NCBI GenBank assembly: GCA_016748015.1
Contig: JAAOMT010000009.1
Location: forward strand, 204,459-268,458
DNA length: 64,000 nucleotides
Reading direction: 5' to 3'
Source: Geosiphon pyriformis uo1
Lineage: Eukaryota; Fungi; Glomeromycota
A program made the translations under genes and the position numbers. Positions 26,001 through 39,900 of this stretch are shown here, piece after piece; the first letter of the stretch is position 1, and each line of letters begins with the position of its first letter. The notes beneath the pieces were generated by a model. It had not been told where the DNA came from. It did not search any database and was given only the letters and a program-made list of their open reading frames with translations.

Positions 26001-26945
26001 TTGATCTCAAATGGGATGAACCATTTCACATAGAAGAAATTCTAAAAAATAAAGCTTATAAATTAAAATAGAACAACAAAATCTTAGTCAAAACAGCACA
26101 TGGTAATCGACTGAAATCATATTACTATATAGTATTATTATCCACTAATAATATTTCACAACTGGAAGTACAACAAATACTAGTCCAATCAGATAAAATT
26201 TCATGAAATCTGGAACCAATTATAATCATTGAACCAAACATGTCAAATTAAACAACTAAAAGAATATATAAAGACATAGTATATGCAACAAAAACAAATA
26301 GAAATACCAGATCATATTCACACTTTAGCTCAACAATTGTTTTAGACCTTAAGTCAACAGCAATTAAACATGAAAATTGTCATCAATCACCAAACAATCT
26401 GTTATCAAAACACCAAACAAAAAAGAAAAAGTACATCATACCAACAACCACAAAAACAATCAAGAAACTAGTCAGATAAAATAGTAGAGAAAGTAAAAAA
26501 CACTTTTGAAAAAATACCCATTATGGTTTCAACAGAAGAATTTTCAAAAAAAATTAGAAACAATGAACAAAACAACTTCCAATACCATACTGCTACTATT
26601 AGTTGGAACAAAAGTTGAACATTCAGAAATTATATCTTAATAAAGCCAAAAAAATATTCAATCAAGAAATAATATAGAATATTGAAAATATTATTGAAAA
26701 AAAGACAAATCCAACACTGCATATTAGAACAATCTATTGACTACACATGATATTTCAAAATTATCCAGAAATATTGTTACACCTCAACATAGAAACAATT
26801 ACTATTAACCAATGAGAAAAAATAAACAATGTGCAAATCAAAGATATAAAAAACAAAGTTGAACAAACAGTATTGGAAAAAAAAGTATTAGACTTAATTC
26901 AAAGTGAAGATTTTAACAGAGCTCAATATTAAAAAAAGAAAATAA

Positions 26946-27881
26946 TATTACTTATAAAGAAAACATATAAAAAAAAATAGTAGGAAAACAGATAAACCAA
27001 TAGGAAAGTAGTAGTTAACACATAAATACATTGTTTAGCAATGTAGAGCAATGTCAAAAATTACAGCACATTGCTTAGTAATGTGAAGCAATATTAGAAA
27101 ATTAGGACATATTGCTCAAGAAATTATAGCACATTGCTCAGGAATGTGAGTGATCTTATAGAACCTAAATTATGTATATATAGCAAGAGCATTAGAAGCA
27201 AAAAAGACAGAATTAGTACCAAGACTTTTTAGTTTTGGACTTTCCTTCCTATCTATTTACTAATTACTTTATAAATAGTTTATATCTACTGAAGTAAAAT
27301 CATCAAATATTAATAAAATACTTATCTACATCCAATTCATGTTGCTATTACTTGATTGAGAAATCTTTATTAAAAACTCTGACTATCAACATTTCATGTT
27401 AATAGCTGCCAATACTTAATCATGCTGAAACAATAGCTCTTGATTATGGCTATTGATAGGATACTAACTTTAATTGTCTTGGTTTATTTCTTTTTATTCT
27501 TTTTATTTTCTTTTTTTATTTTCTTTTTTTTTTTATTGTTGTATACTAATTGATTAAAGATTAAGCACTGAGTTATTAACATCAAAGATTGTCTGGTAAA
27601 AGATTTTTGCAAGTGGATAAAACACATAAGAAATATAGATTGCTTACTAGAAAATTGCCAGCCACCAAGCCAAGAAAAGAATTAACAGAATTGTGATTCC
27701 AGGAGACTATTGAAACAACTATTAAATCTCTGTTAATATATAAAGAATGCAACCAAAACCTTCAAATTATGAAAACCTTCAGATAACAAAACCTTCAGAT
27801 ATTACCAACATAATTCATTAATTAAGCACCAAGTTACAGATTTGTTACTTGATTTGAGATTCCAAATAATCACTTATAATA
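26946..27881 (+). repeat. 3' LTR of element C
   Basis: Direct repeat of 10094..11009. Confidence 0.9.
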
Positions 27882-30800
27882 CTAAAAACCAACCAGCTTT
27901 ATAGCTTAAATATTTTGATAATAATGGCCAAGGAATCAAACCTAAAAAAGCTCATGAAATTGATGTAAGATATGATCTACAATATTTTGGCAAAGATATT
28001 TTGGTTGAAGAACCAAAATCTTTAACAAAAATCAACTTAAAAATTGCCCTTGAAATTTCACCAGAAGTAATAATTTAAATTGTTTCTTAATTATCTTTGG
28101 CCAGCAAAGAAATTAATGTCAAAAAAGAAATTATAAATACAAGATACATAGATAATATTACTATTATATTACTATTATATTACAAAATAAAACTAATAAA
28201 CTATTTAAAATTGAGCATACTAAAAAAATTTTTCAAGCTATTTATTTACTCTTAATTAATATTTTAGATCTATAGGCAATGAACAATTGAGAACAGTTAA
28301 GAAAAAATAACAGAAAAACCCAAGGTTTTGGTTTAACTAGATGATTTACAGTTTCAGTTAATATATCCTTTAATGCACAAAATAAATTTTATCAGATTCT
28401 TCAACTTTTTTAATCAATTATTATTTTATTTTTTGGAAAACATCATAAAATCTACATTTGTTTTAAGTTTATTACCACTCTACAAATTTTTGAATCCAAT
28501 AAACAAATCTGTTTAAAGCATAAAATCACAATTATAAATGTTTATATTCTAAAAAGAATAAAAAAATTTTAAGTTATTTTCTATAATCTCAACAACTATT
28601 TTATTGTTTTATTAAACAAATTAAAAATTAGAATTATACATAACAATATCTTTTAAGATAAAATCTCTTAGATTGTTTCTAACTTTATTGAAATTATGAA
28701 ACATATCCTATTCTCAAACCCAAACATCATTTCTACTGAAAACTATTACATTCTAGAAGAAAAACTTTCTTAAATCAACATAAGTTTCTTAGAACTCTAA
28801 CAACAAAGACAATTAAAACAGTTAATTCTTAAATACATTGATATATTTGCCAAAAATAATAATGATCTTAAAAAAACTGATATTTTATAGCATTAGATCC
28901 ATATAGAAAATGCTTTACTAAAACATTAACAAGCTTACTGAGTTTTATCTGCTAGCCACCAATTTATCAAAGAAGAGGTACAGCAAATGCTCAATAATAG
29001 TCTTATTTGACTATCAAGAAATTTTTGGGTCTTACCAGTAGTTTTTGTTAAAAAAAAATTAACAAAATCAGATTTTGTATAGACTATTGACAACTGAATA
29101 GTGTCACAATTAGAAATGCTTATTCACTATCTAAAATTGACAACATGCTAGATGCTCTGAGAAAAGCCAAGTTTTTTTTAACTTAAAAAGTAGATACTAA
29201 CAAGTCGAAATGGATTCCAAAAACTTTTACAAAACAACATTTACCACCCAAGAAAAAAACTACAAATTTAATATAATGCTGTTTAAACTTTGCAATACAC
29301 CAGCAATATTCCAATAACTCATGAATGTTGTTTATAAAAGACTTTTATAGTAATCAATAGTTGTCTATCTTGATAATACTAATGTGTATTTCCCAAGTTT
29401 TAAAGCTCATTTAATTTATCTGTGAGAAGTTTTTCAATGATTATGAAAAGCAAAATTAAAGTTAAACATTGAAAAATGTCACTTTGAAAAAACAAGTTTA
29501 ATTTTTCTTGAACACATTATTAGCAAAGATAAAGTTCAATCCAATCTAAAAACAATTAATGTTATTAAAAATTTCAAAATTTTCCAAAATACAACAAAAC
29601 TAAAAGAATTTGTAAGATTAGCCTCTTATTACCAGAAATTTATTAAAGAATTTTCTGAAATTACCAAATTATTCAACCACTTAACCAACAAGAATATAAA
29701 ATATTAATGGACACAAGCTCAACAAAAACCATTTAACACTCTTAAAAAAAAACTTACCACAGTTCTAATTTTTGCATATCTAAATTTCAGCAAAAAGTTT
29801 CAGCTAGCCATTGATACTTTACACATAGCTTTTGGTACTATCTTATTACAATTAGATAATAATGACAATAAAAAAGTAATTGTTTATGCTAGTAGAACTC
29901 TCAAACCAACTAAACTCAAATATGAATCTATTGAATTAAAACCAGCAGCTGTTATTTAGACTCTTAAACACTTTTAACAATATCTTAAAAATAGAAAAAA
30001 ATTTGATATTATTACTGACAATATTGGCCTCAAATGGTTTAATAAAAAAACTCTAAACTTAGTGCCAAACAATTTCAATGGTCTGATTTTTTAGCAGACT
30101 ACAAATATATTGTATATTACAAACCAGACAAATTACATACAAATATAGATAGTCTTTTCAGAATAAGACAAGATTAGAATTTACACTAACAAACCACTAA
30201 CTCAATACCAACCAACAAGAAAACAATGAATTCTAAAACCTATAACAATATCAAAAACTATTTGGAGATCCTTATTATATTAGAAAACTGGTTTTCAGCT
30301 GAAAAACACTGATTACAATACCAATTTAAACAATATTTTATTTACTACAACAGAATTTACTATTAAAATTACAGAAATTTATTTAATTTATTCAGATTAG
30401 TCCAATAAAACAAAAAAAAACAATTTTATATAACATGTATATAGATTTTTTATTAGAACATTTAGGAAAAAACAGCACAATACAAAGAACATTAAAACAT
30501 TATTTCTGGGCCTCACATGTACCAAAACATCTGACAGTATATAGAATTATGTAATAATTGTTAAAGAAAAGAAAGAACTCATCTTACTAAACCTTTAAAT
30601 CCAATCAAAGTTAAACAACTTTTTAACAGAATGAGAATCAATTTAGTTAGATCACTACCTATCACCATTCAAGAAAACCATTATATTGCAGTTGTTATAG
30701 ACTATCTTACCAAATGATCCAAAACTAGAGCTATTTAAAGAGTTTATGCAAAATCAGTAGCAAATTTTATCTATAAAGACATTATTTGTAAACATAAATG

Positions 30801-33240
30801 TCTAATTAAACTTTTATCTGATCAGAAAACACATTTTGTGAACAACTTGATACAAAAAATTTGTGAATAATTCAATATTAAACGACCTCTATTTTCACTA
30901 TATTATTTACAAACAAACAGATTAGTAGAATGTTTTAACAGAACATTATGTGAATTATTAGCCAAAGTCTTAACTAATTTTGAGCAAGAATAAGATATCT
31001 TTATTCTATTAATGTTACTAATATACAAAACACTAAAACAAGATACAACAAAGTACACACTATTTGATTTGACTTATAAAAGAACAGCAACATTACCAAT
31101 TAATTTTACAATGAAAACATACTTAGTACAACCAATTACTAAAAAAAACTTTCAAAAGACACTTTAATAAAGAGCTTACACTCTTTTTAGCACTTTGAAA
31201 AAAAAATAACAAATAGTAACAACTTATATTGAACACTTTCAAGCTCAACAAAAAAACAGCATGGCAACAAATTGCCATGCTGTTACCAATGAATTTAAAA
31301 TTGAAAACAAAGTTTTTTTACATAAAACTAAGACTAAAAAACAATGGAGTGGAAAATTTGAACATAAATAAAATAGATTATTTTATATTTACGAAATTCT
31401 AGACAATAGATCATATAAGTTAAAACTTGATGACAACATTTTAGCAAAAGTTGTACATAAAAATTGATTGAAACATTATTATTCCAAAAACAATCTTAAA
31501 CTATTGATTTCACAAATTGGTACATATTTCTTTTTAAATAATTCCAAAGATATTCTTTAAAATTTAGAACCAATAATTATAATAAAACAACCAAACCTAA
31601 ACATTTAATTTAATATAGACATAATAATACACAAATAAAATAAAAATAAAAATAGTAAAGAAAAACCCAAAACCAAAAATATTTTTTATTTTTCAAATTT
31701 TTTCAAATTTTATTTTTAGTTTATTAACTTTCATTATAATTTTTCTCTAAAACATTTAACAAATGTTTCAAAAATTAATGATAGGTTTGAAAACACTTTT
31801 TGACTTATTTATAATAATTAATAAAAGTCAAATTAATTATACTCAAAAAAAGATTATAACACTAGTAGTAAATAATTCTCAAAATTATTATCTTTATAGA
31901 AAAAACACAAAAAGTTATTTAAAATTTAATTACCAAAATTTTTGAAGCAAGCTTTAAAAGAAAACTTTTTATTTACTTTTATAAACATTTTACTGAATGT
32001 TATAATATAACAAAAACTTCAAATGTGTTTTGACAAAAGCAATGAATATACTTTTATCTATCAATATTTTCAAATTAAAAAAACACTATACCAATGAAAA
32101 CTAGAACTTAAAACAATCAATCTTACTTTAAAAACTATACAAAAACAATTATACAACAAATTCAAGACAATAACTGAACTAACAAATACTTATTACAGAC
32201 TTAAAACAACTTTTAAACTTTACAACTTATTCAATACTTGTAAAAATATTCTACAAAACTCAATACTTTAACCAATAAAGATTTAATACATTGGCAAGTT
32301 CACAAAACTGAAATTTCAACAATTTTTAAACCAAATTACTTCAATAATCTTGGACCACTATCTTAAAATCACAGATAGTATTTAAATTTTAACAAAGCTC
32401 AATCTTAAAAAAAAGATTATGTTATCAGTAAAATTTTAATTATTAATTAACATAAAATTATTTTTATAATTTTTATTATTAATTAGCATATAATAATAAT
32501 ATTTTAAGATCACTTATTAAATTAATCAAATTATTAAATATTATTATCCAATTAATAATCTAATTTGTATAATATACAATTATAATAATCAGATCATGTA
32601 ATACTCTAAACTCTGTAATATTTAAGAATTTGCCAAAATTTGTAAAAATTTGCAAAATATCTTAATAGTTTACTGAAATTCTTTATAGTTTATAAAAACA
32701 ACTTGTAGTTTATCAAAATATATCTTTAATTTGTTAAAATTATAGCAAAAAAAAAAGTGCAAGTTCATAGACTAGTATTACAACAAATTGTATAAAAGAA
32801 GAGCTTTTTTCTTTGAAAAAATGTATCTCATTCTAAAATCATCTTATTTAAAATTATCTTACTTTTGATATATTATTATTATTATTATTCAAATAAAAAC
32901 ATACTTTAAAAACCAATTTTTTAAATATTTATACTTGAAATTTTCTGAGACACAACTAATATTTTGAAATTAATTAGCTATCAATTTTAATAAACTGTTA
33001 ATAATTTTAGGCCTAGACCAAAAACAATTTTTTTAATGAAATTCTATTTCTTTTACATTTTTTTTATTTTTTTTTACTTTTTTTATTATAAATATTAGAG
33101 TAGTTTATAGATAAAATCTCTGTAAAAAAGTTGACTTTTATAGCAAAATAATTATACATTTTAGTGAGCTTTTAAACAAGCAATTTTTAAAAAAAAGTTG
33201 ACTTTTATTACAAAATAACTACATATAGTAACTGACACAA
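27882..33240 (+). mobile_element. Ty3/Gypsy element B, right segment (dUTPase, RT, RNase H, integrase, extra ORF, 3' LTR from 32420; right boundary approximate)
   Basis: KAHEIDVRYDL dUTPase start (~27950); RT relics (RFCIDY, VYLDN) at 29.0-29.4 kb; integrase relics at 30.4-31.5 kb; purine run then TGTTATCAG at 32420. Confidence 0.75.
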
Positions 33241-33339
33241 AATTGGTTATTCTACCTATAAATCCAAGAGTTCAAATTATAAAAAATAATTTGAAAATAA
33301 ATTCAGTTATCAGAGGTTCAACAACTTCTAGAAATGTAA

Positions 33340-34855
33340 ATTTACAGCAAACAAACACCAACAACATTTAAAAAAAAAGACCAAAAACCTCTAATAATAC
33401 CAAATATAACATTTTTTTAATGTACTAATTTTGACTATTATAACATTCAAATCAGTTTGAGATTCAAATATAACTAAAACAAACTGAGAACAATAACCAA
33501 AATTAAGAAAACAAAGAATAAAACACATCTAATCACCAATTTAAAAAATCATATTACTAATTTTAAAAACAGTACAACCAGAAGAAAAATTGATTAACAT
33601 GGTCTTAAATTTATTATAAAGCAAAATAGTCTTATTTTAATTTACCAAAAAGAGGATTTTAATATTATTTTTATTTACCAATACTAATCAATAATTTAAA
33701 ACAGATACAGTAATATTTAACTCTTTAAAATAAACAATAACCTATTATCAAATACTAACAAGTTTTAATATAACATAAGTAATCTTATCAAACTCACTAA
33801 GTACTATCTTAATATTAACAACAAATATATCCAAAAACATATTATATAGTGTAAAAACAACAAAAAAAAAACTAGTTTTAAAAACCACCAAAAACTTGGC
33901 AATTTTAAAAGTAGTCAAATAAACAAAGCTTAAGCTCAATTAAAAAAGCAGCTTCTAAAGACTTTTAAAAAGTGAACTCTATATAAAAAAGTTTTATATT
34001 GTCTTTTAATACTGATTTTGTATTCAAAAAACCATATACAAAGTGAAAAACAGCTTTAACATAAGCTAATTTAATCTTAAAAGTTGTATCAAACACCAAA
34101 GTGAAGACTATTTACTTAGCAAATCTTTGATAATTAGTAATAATTTCTTAAGTATCACTAGTGACAACACCAAAAACCAAAAAAAAACAATAATGAATCA
34201 ATTTTTTTTTGGTCAGACCAGTTTTTAAGAACAAATAATTCAATAAGAAACTATTGCTTTGTTTTTAAAACTAGTAAAAATTTGCCAAAAAATATTATAT
34301 TTGACAATATAGTTAACAATTAATTTTGGTTCATTTTAAACAATATGCTGGATAATATATTGGAAATTTCATTCAAAATCTTATCTGAAACTACAAAAAG
34401 ATTTAATATAACAATATTAAAAGCAAGTAACTGCTTTTATTTTTTGGAATTTTTGGTTTTTTTGTCTATTTTCAAAAAAATAGTGCTAATAGTACTAAGT
34501 ATAACAGCAATGGTTAAAAAAACCAGCTTGTTAATAAGCCTATTATTAAAAACTTTTAGGTTTTTGGTAAAAGTAAAGATAACATTAAAATTTACTTAAA
34601 TGTGTTTTTTTAAGAAAATTTTGACTGGTAAAAAACCAGCCAAAAATAAAAAAGATGTTTTAGCAGTTATTTAAGACAGTTTTTTACTATTATTATTTAA
34701 AAAAAAAGCTTCTAAAATGTTTTGTTTAGTTGTTTCCACAATAAAAAAAAATTTTTTAGTTGAAACTTTATTAGATATCTTATAAAAAATATCAAGTATA
34801 GCTTTTTATTTTTTGTTCTAATCATGATTATAAAATTAAGAAAACAAAGTGTTTT
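33340..34855 (-). mobile_element. Decayed copy of the ORF1-only non-LTR element (5' portion)
   Basis: Collinear nucleotide similarity with 59130..60655, e.g. 34261-34380 vs 60061-60180 and 34801-34850 vs 60601-60655. Confidence 0.7.
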
Positions 34856-35119
34856 TATATATTGTTACTATTACTTAAAATAATAATTAAATATTTAAAA
34901 TTTATATATTAATTAATTTAAGAAAGTATTTAACAAAATAATAGTATAACAAATAAAACATTTTATTAGAAAAAACAACTTAATAAAACCTCTTCTTCAT
35001 CCCGAATTCCCAAAAAAGAGTCTAAAAGTTTTTGAAAGAAGTTTTTTATCATTCAGTACAATATCTTTAAACCATTTCTGTTTGATTACAAGATCACCAT
35101 TGGCCCAAGTGCTGCTATT

Positions 35120-36912
35120 ATGAAGAAGACTGCTAAGAATTCTGGTACTGGTAATGGTTTCAAGACAGTTTTGTCGAGAAAGAAGAGGAGGTGAGGTGTT
35201 TTGGAAGATGGTTCTGGTGGCGAAAGAGCGGTTTCTAAAGTCCAGGAGAGCCATTCATGGGGTTCAGAGATTGGGGACACTACTGAATTTGAGAGTATTG
35301 ATATGGAAAAGGAATGTCTGGTAGAGGAAACCAGCTTTGATTATGGTAAAGGTGGTGCTCTGACTGGTGGGGATCTTAATCAAACACCCACAGGCTTGAA
35401 AGTTAAAACCAAGAAGACATTGGGCAAGCCATTAAGAAAGATCAATTTCTCACAGAATAGTAATGGTGATAGTGTTCTCTCGAATGCTCCTCTTGAGCTC
35501 CTCCTTTCTTTGAAAAACTTGGTCAATGTCTCAGTCAGGAAGTCATTCGCGTTGGATATTAGCTTGAATAAGGTGGCTGACAAATCTTCTCAGGAAAAGT
35601 TTGTGGTGGTGAGAAAATTATTTTCTGGAATCAATAGCTTTGGGGGGTGTCTACCCTCTCAAAATTTTCAGAGATTATTAGAGCAACATTCACTTCCAAA
35701 TCGAGTTTAATGAAAGCTACTGATAAGGCTGCAAGTGTGAAGATCTTAGTAAACACCGATTTCAAAAAATCATCTGAGCAATCAGATTGGGCTGTGGTCA
35801 TAAAAGAAATTCCAATTGGAACATCGGCTAAGGCTGTGCGCACTGTGCTATCTGAGTTTGGAGTTATTAAGGTGATCAAGATGCAGTTAATTGGGCTGTG
35901 GCAGAAGACAGTGGTAGAATTCGAGCAACCGGATCAGACTGATTTGGTCGCAGCTAAGTGGTCTATCCTAATTGGGAAAGATGCTGTATGTGTGGCCAAG
36001 ACTGATTCAAACAAAAAGGCATGGAATGCAAGGGATTGACATAGGGCGCTGCTTTATACATTGCCAATGGGAACTAATGTTTATGATATCTGGGACTTTG
36101 TCAAATCTGTGGGTGAGAAAACTTGCATTATTGATCGTTATTCTGTTACATATGCTCGGGCCAGGTGTGCTGTTGTTTGCTTCAACTCTGCTGAGTCATT
36201 AGATGCTGCTGTGGGAACCACGCCAGTGCTTAGGAACACCAATCTCTGCTGGTCTCACCTCATTTCTACTAAATGCGCCAAGTGTGAGAAATTGGATCAC
36301 ATGTCATTGGGTTGTGCAGTTGGTAAGAAATTTTCTTCTGGTGGTTTGCTGCGTAGAGTTTTCTCGGATACAAATAAAAGCAGGCTGGCAACCATCTATG
36401 CCAAATACTTGGCTCCAGTTGCTCGTCCGGTCTCTTTTGGTGGTCTTTCTTGAGAAAAAGTTGCTTGTGGGTCTTCTTCACTCCCCCTCTCTAGTCAAAA
36501 TGTTTTGGTGGATAATGGCTCCTCTTTGGAGATGAAGCCGTCCCTACTGGTTACAATGGAAGTCAACAATAGGTTCGTCACTCTTGAGCGCAGTCTTGCC
36601 AGCCTCACGGAGCAAGTTGGTAAGCTGGCTAAGAGGTTGGATGCACTCAGGCCAATGGTTCCCCAGCCTAGCCCTAGATGTCAGCCATTGGTGACTCCTT
36701 CATCACAGGATCGAGAGGCGGATGTAGTGATGAGTGAAGACTCAGGTGTATCTACTAATGGTAGAACTGTCATGGAAGCAGTATTTTTCAATATGTCTTC
36801 AGTGTTTAAGCTGGAAGACAGCATGAAGTGTCTAATGGAAACAGTTCTGGACCTTTCAGCCAAAGTGGATAGTATTGGTGCGTGTTTGGTGTTTCTACCC
36901 CTTACTCAATGA
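35120..36912 (+). pseudogene. LINE ORF1 (RRM-like region, decayed CCHC knuckle, coiled coil)
   Basis: VVIKEIPIGTS..., CAKCEKLDHMSLGC, LERSLASLTEQVGKLAKRLDAL; broken by stops and a frameshift. Confidence 0.8.
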
Positions 36913-39900
36913 GCAGTTTGGTCTGGAAAGTTGCTATGTGTAATTTTAGGGGCATGAACAATCCCGCTAAACAGAAGGATATTATTAGATGGCATAAGGA
37001 AATGAACAATTTGGTCTCTATCATTACTGAAACAAAATTAAGAAGTAAGGTTCATCCGTGGATTGCAGATAAGTTTGATGGTTTTTGAGTGTTCACTTCT
37101 GGTTTGGACTCTGGTCACTTAGGTGCAGGTGTTGCTGTTGTCATGGATGTTTCTTTGGCTCGTCATGTATACAAGGTTTCTAAGGTGCCTGGTCAGCTCC
37201 TGTTCATTAAATTACTTTTCAAGGGTAAACTTTCTGTGTTAATTCTGGGGCTTTATGCTGGTGCCTTTTTGGTGGTTCAGTTCTCTCAGGCCGGTAAAAT
37301 CAACTCTCTTATTGCGAAGGCTGTTAATGAATCTTCTTTTACTGTTCTTGGTGGTGATTTCAATAAAGATGGTTCTCGTAAGTGTGCAAGTTTTAGGAAA
37401 TGCCTTGATTTGGGTCTGGTAAATTCTTTGGTCGGAAGCCCAGCTGTAAAAATATCCACTTGGGCGAACTCTAGGGGTGTTAGAAAAACAATTGACTATG
37501 TTTTGGTTTCTTCGAATTTGGTTAATGTGATAGTACACCATGGTGTTTCAGATGTTGGTGCATATTTTGAAATGGATCATCAAGCTGTTTTTGTGTCTTT
37601 GGGCTTGGGTGGTTTGCTGGATGTGCAGTTGAACTCTCTTCACAAACAGGCGAATAGAGATTGTTGGAAGTTTGATTTTAAGGGTGCTGATGATGTGAAA
37701 TAGAACAAGTTCAAGGGTGCTATAGCAGCTAATACTGCCATGTTCTCTGATGATTTTATTGCCTCTCAGTGATTCTCAGATTTGGATGTGATATGAGATG
37801 TTGTTCGCAAGATAATGGTTTTTTCAGCTAATAAGGTGTTCAAAAAGAAATGATTTAAGGACTATGATGGTGTCTTCACTAAAGAATCATTCAAATTTCA
37901 TAAGTTAGAACTTTTGATATTGAAGCTAGTTAAAGCTTCTTGGTTGATTTGTCATGATGAATTTATTTTACTGTTAGATGTCTGGGGTTCTCTTGATGAT
38001 AATAAAGCCTTTGTGGTCAGATCTCTCTTTCTCTCCAGCTCTTCTCTTGATACTGTTCGGTCAGCTCTTTCCAAGGTCAGAAAAACTTATCACTCACTCA
38101 AAATGGTGAAGTCAAAGCACATAGAAGAATCTCAAATCAAGTTAGTAATCAATAAGAGAATGGAAAGTTTCAAGCTGAACAAGAGTCACACTATTCGGAG
38201 TGTCTTGGAGTGCCCTTTCATAAGGTTGTTTTGGACCACTTAGTTGTGGATAATGAGTTGATTTTGGAACCTGGTCCTGTGAGACTAAGCATAGATGAAA
38301 TCATGGAAGAGTGGACTAAAAAGCGTAGGGTGGTTCCCGATATCTCTGATGTGTGGCACCATCAGTATCGGCCATTGGATTACATTTTTGATGAGGCTTT
38401 TTCTGGTATAATACAGCCAATTGAGTTTTTGGAATTGTATGGCATGGTTTCTGATCTGCCTATTGGCAAGGCTGCTGGTCTTTTAGGTATTTCAAATGAG
38501 CTGTGGATGCATAGTGATAGGTCTGTTTTGGATATGCTCTTGGTGCTTCTGAATTCTTGTCTGTCTTGTGAGTCTGTGCCTGGTCCTTGGAGAGAAGCTT
38601 GGGTTTCGATAATCCCTAAGCCATACAAATGGGAAGATATCCTCACAAATACCCAACCTATAATCTTGATCAAGATGGCTCACAAGATCCTCTCTAAGAT
38701 TCTCTCTGACAGAATATCGCTGGCGTACAGTGCTCATGACATTCTTCATAAGGACAATTTTTCAGTTCTGAAGGGTACAACTACCCAAACTCCTATTTTT
38801 GCTATTGGTTCAGTTGTTAAAGATGCTTTGGAGAAAAATCGGGAGCTCTGGCTGGTGTTGCAGGACATGCGAAAGACATACGACTCTGTTGGATGGGAGC
38901 ATCTTGAGAAGTGTTTGGTCAGGATCAAAATGTGTGGCAAGTTTATTTGTTTTTTTGGTAGTATTCATAAAAATCGTATCAATTGGGTTATGACAGATTT
39001 TGGTTTAACTGATGGTTACAGTATACATGATGGGTTGAACCAAGGAGAAGTTTTTTCTCCTCTTCTTTGGCGCATATTTTATGATCCTCTTTTGTGTGAA
39101 GTCAAGTGTCAGGAGAGTGTGTGTGGGTATAGACTCAATTCTCATTTTGTCTTTAAGAGTGGTCATGCTGAATCTCAGGCTGGGTTTTCTACTTTTTTTG
39201 CTGCTGGGGCCTTTGTTGATAACACAATTTGGGTTGGCAGCAGTTAGGCTGCTACTCAACATATTCTCAATGTTGCTAGTGAATTTTTTCGAATTAATAA
39301 CATTTCAATCAATAATAACAAGACTGTGGCCATTCTTATTAATAGCAGGATCAGCAATCCATCTCTTTTTATCAGTGGTTTACCCATTTCTATAGCCAAA
39401 AAAGGTGAATCTTATCGGTATCTTGGTATCTTTCTCTTGACCAATGGTCTTTCTAAGCCTAGTTTGGCTAAGGCGCATTCAAACATTTGTTTTTTTAGTA
39501 ATTTGGTTCTGAAGAAAGCAGTTTCAGATAAGCAGTTCTTGTACTTGGTGTTAGCAGTTCTCTATCTTATAGTTAACTATAGGATGCAGTTCAGCTTTGT
39601 TTCTGTTAGTGTGTATGACAAGTGGGATGTTCTGATTTGCAAGAGTTTGAAACTTAAATCTGGTCTTCCTCTTGATTTTCCTAGTGACACAATTCACCAT
39701 TCTTCTTTTTATGGGTTGAAGTCCTTTTTACAATGTCAGTCTGAAAGCAAGATTGCTGCACTTATTAGTTTTGTGAACTTCTGCAGGGTTCTGGGTCAAT
39801 TGTTTGGTCACAGGTCTCACGACTTGCAAGTTCTGTGTTGGCACTCCATTCATCTATTGAGTTCACTGGCTCATATTCGTGTTAGTGTTTCCAATAATTT

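Larger units (their letters stand above)
10094..27881 (+). mobile_element. Full-length dUTPase-bearing Ty3/Gypsy element C (contains element D)
   Basis: Paired LTRs 10094..11009 and 26946..27881; PBS TGGTGCTCCTTGTAAG 11012..11027; gag, protease (IKLILDSSSTGSII), dUTPase 22551..22934, RT, RNase H, integrase; degenerate 4-bp TSD tcaa/ctaa. Confidence 0.9.
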
